From: Lama glama
Lineage: Eukaryota
Length of the DNA: 64,000 nucleotides
Assembly (NCBI GenBank): GCA_028534125.1
Contig: CM052816.1
Span: 7,752,001 to 7,816,000, forward strand
Direction of reading: 5' to 3'
Below, piece by piece: positions 37,001-49,500 of the stretch; within the stretch, counting starts at the first letter, position 1, and the number at the start of each line of letters is the position of its first letter. The position numbers and the translations under genes are program-made. The notes under the pieces are model-generated. The model saw only the letters and a program-made list of their open reading frames with translations, ran no database searches and was not told where the DNA came from.

Positions 37001-38830
37001 GCTGGGTTTATCGTGCCAGTATTTTGTTTTGATTCTTGTATCTACATTCGTGGGTGAAAAGACAATCCAGTGTGCCTTTCTTATCCTGTCTTCATCTGAC
37101 TTTGCTGTCAAGTTAAACTAGCCTCATGGAATGAATTGGGATATCGTTCCCTCCTTTTCTATATTCAGAAATTTTGTAAAGGATTGGAATTAACTCTTCT
37201 TTGAAATTTGGAGAATTGCTTAAATAACTTGCTGTACTTGTGTCTCCTATAAGAGAAGTTAGTAACTATTTTTGCAATTTCACTAATTGTCATAGGATTA
37301 TTTCCATTTATTTAGGTTTTTAAATTTATTCTTGATATATTTTAATAAGTTATAGTTTCTCAGAAACATTCATTTCATCTCAGCTGTTGAATTATCAATA
37401 TAAATTTTTTGATGGTTGTGTCTTAGTATGTTTTAATCTATACTGGATTGGTAGTTATGTGTTTTTTAAAATTCTCTTGTCCAAGAACCATCTTTTGGAT
37501 TCCTAGATTCTATCCATTTTACTTGTGTTTCCTTAATCATTTTTGTTGATTTCCTTTGTTTTCTTAATCTACTCTTAGTGCCTTCCCATTACTTTTGCTG
37601 GAATAATTTTGTTGTATGTTTCTTACCTTCTTTGTTTGGACTCACTGTTATTCTGCATTCTCCATTCCTAATATAATAACTCATAAGTATAAATTAAGGT
37701 ACAAAACCAAAATTTTTTTTGATCCATGAGTTAGTCACAGTCATTAATTTATTGATGTTTTATTTAGTATGATTTCTTCTTTGACTACTCATGGGTTATT
37801 TATAAATGTGCCTTTAATTTGCAGATATATTAGGGATTAAACTCATCTTTTTGTGGTCAATAAATATGATCTGTAATGATGCCTTTTCTTTGAAATTTGT
37901 CATGAGTTTATGACCCAGTTTGTACAGAATCAATTTTTGTAAACGTGTTTTATAGCCTTGAGAAGACTATGTGTTCTTTAACTGCCAGATGCAGACGCCT
38001 GCATATCTACATTAGATTCGGTTACTTGTGTGTTTCCAATCTTCTTGACTTGGAAGGTATGTTTAAATATTCCATCCCGATGGTGGGTTTCTTAGTTTGT
38101 CTCAGTGATTTTATTACTTTGTGCATTAGCAACTTTAAAGCTATTTTATTATTAGATACATATAGGTTTAGAAGTGATGTATCTTCTAGAAGAATTTTTT
38201 GTCATTATGTACTTACCCCCCATGCCTAATGATGTGTTTCATCTTAAAATATTTTTTGTAATATAAAATAGTCACACCAGCTATTTGGTTTTGGTTAGTC
38301 TTTGACTGATACATATTTTTCCATCCTTCTATTTTCAAGCTTTCTATGTTCATATGTTTTGGGCATGGCTATTATAAATAGCATGAAGTTCAAGTTTTTA
38401 AAAATCTAATCTGACCATTAATGTCTTATTAATTGTAAGTTTAATACACTAGCCTTTTAGTATTTTTTTATATTTAATGTTTTACCATTTAACCATTTTA
38501 CTTTTTAATTGCTATTAGTACCATTTTAAATATTTCCCCTTCTTTTTTAATTGCATGAGTTTATTTTCTTCAACTTCTCTCTCTTTCTGATTTGAAAATT
38601 ATGCACCCTAATCTTTGTCTGGCTACCCTTGAATTCTTAGCATACATTCTTAAGTTATCTAATTTTAAACAATTATTTGACATTCCTCCCTTCCCTTTCC
38701 ATTCTGTAGATTGTCCTGGTCCCTTGTTTTTAGATGTTACTACCACTGTTATATAAAAAACTTTGTTAGTTGTTTCTACATATTTACCAATTTATTGTTT
38801 TCATAGATTATACATTCTTCTAGGATCATT
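34066..38830. mobile_element. mosaic of old L1 fragments with nested LTR-like inserts (~35620-36535)
   Basis: L1 ORF1-like minus-strand ORF 36654-36890 (TNFPKAMK...LIIFELLTINGKEKVLK), T-rich antisense L1 tracts, and GC-richer LTR-like blocks. Confidence 0.55.
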
Positions 38831-39299
38831 TCCCATCTCCTTGAAGTCCAATTTCCACATTACTCTATGGATTTAGAGAATTCCACATCTCTTAAAGTCC
38901 TTTTACATTCCTAATGGTAATATTTATAAATATTCTTTCTAAGTTCACCAATTACCTGAGTAGTGCCAGAACTAGTGGGTGTTTTCTTTGTATGTTGCTT
39001 CATCTTTATTAGCTATTCGACACTTTACTCTGTTAAATGTCAGTCCATCATTGGATTTTGTGTGTCAGCTTCACTTGATTTTCATCTATCATTTAGTTTT
39101 ATGTAATGCTTCTGATACTCCACATGCTCCCCGAAAGTCAGGTTTTATGTAGCTCCACCCGAGGCTCTCTTTCTTCATGGAACAAATACTTAAGTAGAAT
39201 AGGTAGCCTCTAGTGAAATTTTTTAAATGAAAAGCTTTAAATAACATGTTACTAAGTCAGAAACTATATTCTTAGTCTAGATCTCTTTGATAAGATCCA

Positions 39300-40445
39300 G
39301 ACATACTTCTGTACTGGACATCTCCAATCAGACTAATGAAAGCCACCAGAGATTCAAATTTTCCACAACTGAACTCATTTTCCACCAAACTCAGTGTACT
39401 ATATACCTTTACCCATCTAACTGAATAATCCAGAACCTTGAAAATTATTCTATGCTCTCTCTCAAGTCGAAGGTGATAAGTCAACAAATGATCTTCAATC
39501 ATCATTATACAGTGTCTCCATCTTCCCATTCCCACTGCCACTGACCTCCTTCCAGGATTACAGCGTGCTCTCCTCACTGACCAACCTGCTGCCACCCTGG
39601 CCATGGAATACATATACTTCCCACACTGCACCCCAGGTAATCTTCTAAAAGCTTAAGCTTTTCCGTGGCTCCTACTACCTAACAGAGATGAAATTTGGTT
39701 TGGATCTCTTGATAATTAACACATTACTTTAGTTACCAACATTTTAGAATTATATTTTACTTACTTTCTGGATCTGAGTGTCTCCTGACAATCTGGGTGG
39801 CCTGGCAACACTGAGCCTACATCCTACATGGCAGCATTTGACTGGACTGATTAGCAGCTGCCCAGATTTCACTAAGCTTATGTGTCAATGAATAATTGGT
39901 CTCCGACTTAAAGATTTAAACCATAACTCTGTGACTTAGAACATAAAACACTTCATAGTATTGATGCTTCCTAACTCTGTCACTGCTTGCACAATTTCAC
40001 AGGCTTTCTTTGATCTTTAGCCAAAAAGCACCAGTAACTTTATGTAGAAACATGCCATGATGTTGGATACATATGTGCCTTCAAACTTGCTGTTTCTTCT
40101 GCCTAGAATGCCCTTCCCAAATTGTCTCCATCTAGTTAATTACTACTCAATTTTAAAAACTCAAGAGCCTTTTTTTTTTTTTGTGGACAGCTTTCCCACA
40201 TGTGGTCCCTTGCATGCAAAGACTTGCCCTCTGTTCCCCTGCAGGTCCTTGCACATACCTATTTCATAAAGTGCCAGGCATACCTCTGCATCTCCACTGT
40301 TGATCTGTGTGTCTGTCTACCCTCTTTAGGTTCTTTTCATGAGTGGGGAGGGGGAGAGGAGCACAAAGCCTAGTCCTGTTTGTAATTATGTTTTGAGCAC
40401 TTTGCTTGATTCTTAACACTTGGTTAGCACTCAGTAAATGAATGA
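39300..40445 (+). mobile_element. L2 3' fragments
   Basis: actgaactcattttcc, tgcctagaatgcccttccc and terminal gcactcagtaaatgaatga. Confidence 0.6.
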
Positions 40446-40869
40446 GCTTATTTATTTAGAAATTCCAGGAGTTTATTAAGATGAGGAAATGTAGATAAAG
40501 TAGAAGATAACAGAGAGGAGAGAGAAATGGAGTCAGAGGAGAGGAAGTGGGAGGGAGATGGAGAGAGCAAGGGAGCACAGCAGTCATATAGTCATGGGCC
40601 CGCCACCCTGCGCTCTGTTCGCTCATGTTTTTCCTTAGTGTTTTAAGATCAAAATAAATTCAGTGTCTTCCGTCTTTCTCTTCCTTCCCGCTACTACTCT
40701 TTTAACACTGCCACCAAAATTGCTAGCCTGGGGTACTTCCTTTGCATAAAGGTGATTCACAAACAGAAAGGCATTCTTTGTTTGCAATATCCGAACAAAG
40801 TAATAATGCGGCCAGAACTGTTTGAGTTCCAACAAAATGACAAGTAGTGTATGTAATAGTAAATCACAA

Positions 40870-41120
40870 ACACTTACATAGAAACTACTATCATTCTTCT
40901 AAATCCCTTTATGTATATATCTCACTGAATATTCACATACAACCTAGAGAGTCTTGTACTACTAATAGCATCATTTTTATTTTACAGATGATGAAACTGA
41001 GGCTCAGAGAGGTTAAGTAAGTTGCCCGAGGATCACAGCTAATAGCCAGAGTAACCCGTGGATGAAAGCAGGTGGTCTAGTTCATGGGTCCGTGTTCTCA
41101 GCCACTACATCACACTGCTT
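40870..41120 (-). mobile_element. MIR SINE
   Basis: ttttacagatgatgaaactgaggctcagagaggttaagtaagttgccc is the MIR core. Confidence 0.85.
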
Positions 41121-42699
41121 ATCAATGAACATGAGTTGAAAAAAACGTAGCAGATCCAAAACTTCAGGAGTTAAATGAAAATGAGAATTAGAGATATAAA
41201 ATTAAAGAAAAACTGCTAGAAGAAGTGGAGAGGATAACATAGTGGGACACTTACAGACATACTGACATATGGGAGGCTCAGAAGTATCTACAGGTACGAG
41301 ATGATCCCTCTCCCCTTTGCACCCAGGTCCACCTCCGAGTCCTCCACCTCCCCCCAACCACTCATATTTGGGGGCTGGTCTCTTGCCTCCACCAATTTAA
41401 ATTATTGCACTCTTCCCTGCTCAGAGCGAGACTGACACATGGCTTCATCCCAGCCTCTCTCTGACCTGAACACTGTGGTGATTCCTCTCGGAGGCTACTG
41501 TTTTCCAGGAGTCCGGTTATAGGTGAATTGACTTGTATTTTAAGAGCCAAATCTGTCAGCATGACTGAGAGCCCCTGCCCCCCGACCTTCCCATCAGTAG
41601 CTGGACATTCACCATCTGAGCAGGTCTAGTGAATATACTGCAGTTAAGATCTTTGTGTTATGTTATTATCCACAGTAATGAAACTTTAATTTCACAAAAG
41701 TCCACAGAATTAGAAAAGTAACTTTATGTCCTTACATGAAATGACAGGCCTGGCTCACAGGCCTGGCTGAAATAATTCAACTCCTCGATGGTCACCGTGG
41801 CTGCTTGATGCAGGGGCTGGCCAAGGATCCTTTGTGTTACGTGTACCCTCCCCAGAAAATTCAGTATCCAAAATTCAGCACATTCGGGGACTTTATGAAA
41901 CAGACTGTTTTCCCCAGGTAATCATACAGGAGTCACTGAGCTTATTCTGGACCTAGACAAGGATAGCATTGACCCTCTGCTGAGAGCTGTTCCCAGGCTC
42001 CTGAAAGTGAAGGAATGCAGGTACTGAGCTGAGCTTACAGACTCAGGGAGATAATTCAGCCACCAGCCACTCTCCAGCCAGCCCTTCTGGACCTAAGTCT
42101 CTGGACACATCCAGCAAAAAATACAAAAAGTGAAGCGAGTCCTCCCATCTCCAAGGAAGAATGAGGGGAGGCTTGGACTTTGGTGCATAGGACAGAAAAC
42201 CTGCAGCAGCTACTGCTGCCAAACACACTTAATGACAGGGGTGGCCCTTAAGCACCTTCCAGTGCTGGGCTCAGGGACTAGCAGGCGTCCTCCTGGAAGA
42301 GTGGTAAGCTGCAGCAAGAGAGCCCTGGGGAAAGACCAGGAGGGGCATGGAATGATTTATATCTTCAGTCTGGGGTCTCAATTTGATACACCGAAGTCTA
42401 AGGACCCTTAGAGATAATAGGATGGGGTCACATGTTTCTTCTGGGTTTTCTCCAAGCACAGTGAAGAAAACCAGCCCTTTTAAAAAAATGCCAGAGACAT
42501 TCACTTATAAACACTACAGGCCTGGCACGGATGTTGCTTAAACAGCTTTCATTTGGTGAAACTGTTCTCAACTGACACAAAAGGGGAAAATCCCCCTGTC
42601 TCTAGGTCCCCATCTCTGCAGAATCCAGCATTCAGTTGCTGGCAGCAGAGGGACTTGTGCATCCCACACTCCGTGAGAGGACCCAGGGAGAAGAGCAGG

Positions 42700-43945
42700 G
42701 TTGAGTGTAATCCCAGTCAAAATTCTGGCTGAGGTTTTTAAGGTATTGATTCCTGATTTTATATAAAAATGCAAAAAATGCAGAAAAGCAAAATAATTTT
42801 AAAGAAGTTGGAAGATTTATACAACTTCAAGATATAATTTGAGATGGATCACAGACCTCAGTGGAAAACCATCACCCTAAACCTTCTAAAAGAAAACATA
42901 GCAGATGGAGAGAGATTTCTCAGACAGAACGCAAAAAGCAGGACCCATAAAAGGAAAATTGCTGTTCAGTTAGGCTTTATCAAAATTAGGAATGTCCACT
43001 AATCAAGACAGCATTTTAAAATTACAAGGCAAGGCTGAGAGAAAACATTTGCAAAACACGTATCTAACAAAGAACTCACATGAGTCTATACAAAGAATAC
43101 CTACCAATCAACAAAAAGCCCAATTTTTAAAAATAGGCAGAAGACTTGAACATATACTTCAGAAAAAAAAACAACAGTAGTTTGCCAATTAACTCATGAA
43201 AAGGTGCTAAATATCTTTACCAGAGAAATGCAAATTAAACCCACAATGATATAGCATTTCACAGAATTTATAAAAACAATGACGAAAATAAAGACTGACT
43301 ACATCAAATGTTGACAAGGATGTAACTCAACTGGAACATTCATACGTTGCTGGTGGGAATATAAGACATACAGCCACTTTGAAGATCTGTCTGGCAGTTG
43401 GTTATATAATTAAATTTACATCTTATCCTGTGATCAAACAGTTCCACTCAGGCATTTATCCAAGAAAAATTAAAGCATGTTCACAAAAAGATTCCAGCAA
43501 GAATGTTAGCAGCCCTGTTCATAATAGCTCCAAAAGGGGAACCAACATAAATGTCCATAAACAGTAAAATGACTGAACAGATAATAGCATGTTCCTCCAG
43601 TGGAATATTTCTCAGCAACATAAAAAATGAACCACTGACACATGAAATAACATGGATAAATCTCAAAGACAGAATCCAGACAGAGAATTATGGTGGTGAG
43701 CCCTAAATCCATTGACTGGTGGTTTTATTAGAAGAAAGGACACACCGAGACACCGAAGGTGGCAATGTGAAGGTGGAGGCAGAGATTGGAGGATGTCTGC
43801 AAGTCAAGGAGCACCAAAGATGGTCAGGAGCCACCTGAATCTAAAAAGAGACAAGGATTCTGCTCCAGAGCCTTCAGAGAGAACATGGCCCTGGCAACAC
43901 CTTGATTTCAGACTTCCAGACTCTAGAACTGTGAATTTCTGTTGT
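42700..43945 (+). mobile_element. old L1 3' fragment followed by a partial MLT1 LTR (~43690-43945)
   Basis: L1 ORF2 C-terminal hallmarks. gagccttcagagagaacatggccctggcaacaccttgatttcagacttccag is MLT1. Confidence 0.75.
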
Positions 43946-44390
43946 CAGTAGGGGAAATATATGTATTTGTGAACACTTTGAGTGTTAGTTTTCTTCCCAA
44001 CTGGTCAAAAACCAGTGAACGAAAATTATGCTGACCAGAAGTCAGTGTGGCTCCTTTTCAAATTGAGCAGTTTACCATCAATTCAAGTTAGCACTCTGGA
44101 AATACATAATGTTCTTAGCAAACTAAGGTTTGTATTATTAAGAGTCCTGGAACCAAAAACCCCAAATTGAAAGGGAACAAGAAACTTAGCTGGTTCTGAC
44201 TCCTCACGTCTTTTGCATGCCTGACTTTCAGGAATCCTTTTCATAACATCACATACCGTGGTTAACCTCAGCCTAATAGCACAGCTCCTACAGAAGCTGC
44301 CCGTTCATGTTAGAGGGCTCTGTGCTTAAAAGTTCCTTAGAGATACTCCCATAACCCTAGCCAGCTCTGCCCATTGGAGCCACATAAAAG

Positions 44391-45278
44391 ATGTCTGCTC
44401 CCCACCTCTACACAGCTACTGAAGTGTTTCCGTATACCCAGCTGTATTCCTCCTCATGTTTAATCTTACTTCTCCAGTGTACGCGTGTGCAGATATGGCC
44501 TCAAACGGCTATAGCCAACAAGCAGCCCAGAGCTATGGGGCCTGCCCTACCCAGCCTGGGCAGGGCTGTTCCCAGCAGAGCAATCAGCCCTACGGACAGC
44601 AGAGTTACAGTGGTTATGGCCAGTCACCGGGCACTTCAAGCGATGGCCAAAGCAGCTATGGTGGTTCTCATGGACAGATGCAGAACCCAGGCTGTGGCAC
44701 ACAGTCAGCTCCCCAGGGGTATGGCTCAGCTAGTGGCTATGGCAGCAGCCAAAGTTCTCAGTTGTCTTACAGGCAGCAGTCCTCATACCCTGGCTATGGC
44801 CAGCAGCCAGCACCTCGGGAAGCTACGGTGGCGGTTCTCAGAGCAGCGGCTATGGCCAGCCCCAGAGTGGGGGCTACAGCCAGCAGCCTGGCTATGGTGG
44901 ACAGCAAGCAGCATAACCCCCCTCAGGGCTATGGACAGCACAACCAGTACAACAGCAGCGGGGGTGGTGGAGGGGATGGTGGAGGTGGCTACGGCTAAGA
45001 CAAGTCCTCCATGTGTGGTGGTGGTGGTGGCTATGGCAGTCAGGCCCAGAGTGATGGCGGTGGTGGCTACGGGGGAGGCCAGCAGGACCGTGGGGGCTGC
45101 GGCCAGGGCAGCAGCGGTGACAGTTACAATCGCAGCACTGGTGGCTATGAACCCAGAGGTCGTGGAGGTGGTCATGGAGGCAGAGGCGGCATGGCCGGAA
45201 GTGACCGTGGTGGCTTCAATAAATTTGGTGGTCCTCGGGACCAAGGATCACGTCACGACTCTGAACTGGATAATTTAG
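44391..45278 (+). CDS. hypothetical 295-aa ORF in the altFUS (+1) frame of the FUS retrocopy
   Basis: Longest gap-free ORF in the window. From Met49 (44535) it reads [27 protein letters not shown]..., the +1-frame product of FUS. Expression is unknown. Confidence 0.25.
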   Translation: MSAPHLYTATEVFPYTQLYSSSCLILLLQCTRVQIWPQTAIANKQPRAMGPALPSLGRAVPSRAISPTDSRVTVVMASHRALQAMAKAAMVVLMDRCRTQAVAHSQLPRGMAQLVAMAAAKVLSCLTGSSPHTLAMASSQHLGKLRWRFSEQRLWPAPEWGLQPAAWLWWTASSITPLRAMDSTTSTTAAGVVEGMVEVATAKTSPPCVVVVVAMAVRPRVMAVVATGEASRTVGAAARAAAVTVTIAALVAMNPEVVEVVMEAEAAWPEVTVVASINLVVLGTKDHVTTLNWII

Positions 45279-46176
45279 ACAACAACAAGGCCTGGGGGAG
45301 AATGTTACAGTTGAGTCTGTGGCTGACTACTTCAAGCAGATTGGTATCATTAGGACAAATAAGGAAACGGGACAGCCCATGATTAATCTGTACACAGACA
45401 GGGAAACAGGCAAGCTGAAGGGCAAGGCAACGGTATCTTTTGATGACCCACCTTCTGCTAAAGCAGCTGTTGACTGGTTTGATGGTAATTCTCTGGGAAT
45501 CCCATTAAGGTTTCATTTGCTACTCAACTAGCAGACTTTAATCGGGGTGGTGGCAATGGTAGTGGAGGCCGAGGGCGAGGAGAACCCATGGGCCGTGGAG
45601 GCTATGGAAGTGGTGGCAGTGGTGGCGGCGGCCAAGGATTCCCCAGTGGTAGTGGCGGCGGTGGAGGACAGCAGCAAGCTGGGGACTGGAAGTGTCCTAA
45701 TCCTGCATGTGAGAACATGAACTTTTCTTGGAGGAATGAATGCAACCAGTGTAAGGCCCCTACACCAGATGGCCCAGGATGGGGACCAGGAGGCTCCCAC
45801 ATAGGGGGTAGCTATGGAGATGATCATCGTGGTGGCAGAGGAGGCTATGATCAGGGCGGCTACCGAGGCTGAGGAGGGGACCGTGGAGGCTTCCGAGGGG
45901 GCTGGGGTGGTGGGGACAGAGGCGGCTTTGGCCCTGGCAAGAAGGACTCCAGGGGTGGGCACGGACAGGATCGCAGGGAGAGGCCATATTAGCCTGGCTT
46001 CTGACGTTCTGGAGCAGCTTTTTTTCCTGTACCCAGTGTTACCCTCATTATTTTGTAGCCTTCCAACTCCTGATCACCCACGGGTTTTTTGTGTCAGACT
46101 ATATAATTGTAACCATACCTCTGGTTCCCATTAAAAACCATCATTTTAGTTAAAAAAATAAAATAAAAAATAAAAA
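44478..46176 (+). pseudogene. FUS: processed FUS retrocopy (former CDS 44495-45992)
   Basis: Intronless. It contains the QGSY domain ([15 protein letters not shown]), RGG repeats, RRM ([47 protein letters not shown]), RanBP2 zinc finger ([27 protein letters not shown]) and PY-NLS end (DRRERPY*). ATTAAA is at 46130 and poly(A) at 46152-46176. There is a premature TAA at 44996 and several frameshifts. Confidence 0.97.
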
Positions 46177-46599
46177 TCATGCCTAAAAAAAAAAATCTTG
46201 ACTACAATGAGAAGGATGCAGTCCTTATTCCATACAGCTAACCTTTCTTAAACATCTGTGAAAACGCCCAACTCTTAGATGGTTTCTTGGGCTCTTTTCT
46301 GGTGACTACATTCTTTTCCATTATGTCATTTTCTTCTTGAGATGCTGAGTTCTGCAGACCTCCATACTTAAGCTACTGGTTTTCACTGAGGCTCTTCCAT
46401 TCTCCTGACTTAATATTTCTGATGAAAATATCAAAATAGTGCCTCTCTTCCAAGAAATTTCTCTGGGAGGCTGTGTCTAAGATAAAATATTTACTTAAAT
46501 ACACATACACTAAGGCATATAAGTACAATATGAGAAGACAACGTAATTCTCTGAAATTGATAAAAAGTATGTTTATTGTCTATGTTTCTCCTCAGTTCT

Positions 46600-49500
46600 G
46601 TGACAGAGGGAAAATTTCCCCTCCATCCTTCTTGAATTTTTGTTGGACTAATAATAAAATTGACACAAGACCAATTAACAGGAGAAAAAGAAATCTTAAT
46701 TCATGCACATGGAGGTCTCACAGAAACCTAAAAAGTGGCCAAAGCAGGCAGCTTTTATACTTTTAGACAAGGAATAAATTTGTGAGGCATTGACAGGACA
46801 AAGAAATTTAGGCTTTGGGTGCTTAATTAATGAAGAATCTAAGTAGAGTTTGGGCTTGGGGTAGTAAAAATGTAACGAGATTGTTCATGCAGGCTTCTTG
46901 GTCCAAATTCCCTCTCTCTCGATATAAGGATGTCCTTTTACCCCCAGATTCAGGAAGGGCACCTTTCATGTGGGAGATTTATTTCCTGCTTTCAGTGAGA
47001 CAAAGAGGAGGCTCAAAGTGTCCCTCCTGTGTTAGCCGTTTCTTAAATAATTCAAAGTAACCAATATGCCACTGTGGCATATTTAGGGGCAGCCTGCCCT
47101 GGGCCCCGACAGTGTACACTCTTCCTGGAAACCTGACAAGTCTTTGGTCTCCCTCCTTAGCTGGTTACCAACCTTCCTTGTCTCTCTTTTCCCCCGCCTT
47201 TGCTTTTTCTCTCCTTTTCCAGTGTGTATCGTGTTATTTCTCCTTATCCAGTAATGTTTATGCTTTAGAAGTTTTCATTCATTCATGCAGTTGCTGAATA
47301 ACTTTGCTGTCTGTCCCACATCAGTTTACCAAGTGTATTGGTTTCCTTGTGTTACCGGATAGTGAGACCCCTCATTTAGGCGGCCCGCCAAAGTGTGGGG
47401 CCTTGCCTGCCGGCTGGAAAAGAACTCACAGCTGAGGCAGAGGGACAGAGGGAAACTGCTTTCATTTCTTAAAAGAGGGAAAAGAAGGAAAGGGCTTGAG
47501 CAGGGAGAAGGGAAGAAAAGCACTCGAGTGGGGAGCCAAGAGTGGGCCCGCCAAGATGGCCCGTAGAGGCAGCTCTGGCCCAAGCTGGGCCACGTGGACT
47601 TTTATGGGACACTTCTGCCTTCAGTTCCTCCTTCCAGGTGTGATGGAACCAGTCAGTCCCTGTTCAAGATTTTCGGTCCTTCTATGTGCTTTTCCAGTTG
47701 TCATGGCAATTGTCAACTGTCATGGCACTGGTATTGTGTCAGTTAGCATGTTAATCATTACACTGAGCATATAATGAGGTTCAAGGCCTGCAGGAAGTCA
47801 AATTCTCCACCATCTTGAACTCTGTGGGTTCTAACCAGTTCTTGTTTCTTCTCTGCAGCTGCCTCCTGAGACTTAGATAAGAATAATTGGTTTCTATTTA
47901 AGGGAGGGGCAGGGGTATGATCCTGGGTCAACAGCCCTGGTAACAAAAAGGAACGTTGCTTGCAATCTGGTGGACCCAGATCACCCCCCCCCAAAAAAAA
48001 CTATCTCCAAAGAGTCTATTCAGACACGAAACTTTTAAAGGGAAATGAAGGAATAATCTCAGTTAATTGTTGAGATCAGGTGGTCAGAGTCGTTGCCATC
48101 CCCCAGTGCCTGCAGGCTTGTCCTAACCAACTGCTTGAGCCTGCTCCTCTGTGACTCAGGGAGGCCTGGGAGACCAGTTTTTCCAGAAACAAGAGGCAGG
48201 CCTTGGGGGGTGGCAGGGGGCCACAGTGTCCTGCTCCCTTTCACTAGAGCTGCCTTCACAAATTACCACAGACTCAGTGGCTGAAAACAAGAGAACACTA
48301 TTCTCCCACAGTTTTGGGTGCCAGAGGTCTGAAATTAAGGTGTCAGCAAGGCCACACTCCCTCCAAAGGCTCTGGAGGACAATGCATTGCTTGGCTCTTC
48401 TATCTTTTGGTGGCTCTGAGCATTCTTGGCTTGCGGCTACATCACTCCAGGCTCTGCCTCCGTGGTCACGTTGCCTCTTCCTCTCTTGTCTGTGTGTCTC
48501 TCCTCTGTGTGTCTTTTATAAAGGTGTTGTCATTGGGTTTAGAGCCCACACGAATAACCCAGGGTGATCTCTTTATCTCAGAATCCTTAATGACATTAAA
48601 AACACCTTTTCCCCAAGTAAGTTCACATTCATAGGTTCAGAGAATTAGAAAGTGGATACGTCTTTTGGGGGCCACCATTCAACCCGTTACATGGAGAAAG
48701 AGTATTAGTCCCTTTTTAAATTGTCAGGCTTCTTGCAACAAGAGGAAAAGTTGTGGTTTATTTAGCTTAACTTTCTATAAATTCAAAATAACTTAGTACC
48801 AAGTATGGGAAAAGAAAAGATACTTCAGAATTATCTACTGCCCTGATGTTCAGAGATTCCATAAATCATTCTTTGTCTGATTGCTGTTCAATTCATAGAA
48901 CACAAAATACCTTCACTTCAGAGTGGATATCTATCCTTTATTATACATGACCCGAAAAATTGCTGTATACGATGAGACAGCAGCATTTATATGGGAATTT
49001 TTCTAACAACAACAACAACAAAATGTTAAATATGTTTTCTGAGGTGCAAATCTTGTTTAAAAGTAATCAGAAGTATAAAAACTTCAGTGGTGGAAACTCT
49101 AAAGCCACTAATAACAATTTAAAATTTTGATACAACATATTCTTTACACTGTCGTGCTAAAGGTAATTCATATAGTGGGACCCACAAAATGGAGGCTGAC
49201 CCCGTGGCCCGGCCCACATCACAAATCAAAACCTCAGTAAGGAATCCTAACACACAGCAATCAGAGTCCTCCAACTTGGCTTTAGCCAGCTCGACTTACC
49301 CTAATATCTCCTCATACTGTTTAGCGTTGTGATATTGTGGTTTATAAGAAATATATATATTTGGTCATTCAGGTAACCAAAATATATTTCTCATGTGTAT
49401 TTGGCCTTCATCCACAGTTCTGGCTCACAGCTCCCCAGACCCTTGGAATTCCCTAAGCAATAAGAGAAATGCTCTTTTGTTACAATTTTTGGTCTCTTGT

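Noticed and set aside
44783..45987. Minus-strand Thr/Ala/Pro-rich ORFs
   Set aside because: Antisense shadows of Gly-rich FUS codons.
44453..46204. TSD for the FUS retrocopy (aatcttact / aatcttgact)
   Set aside because: Too short and degenerate to call confidently.
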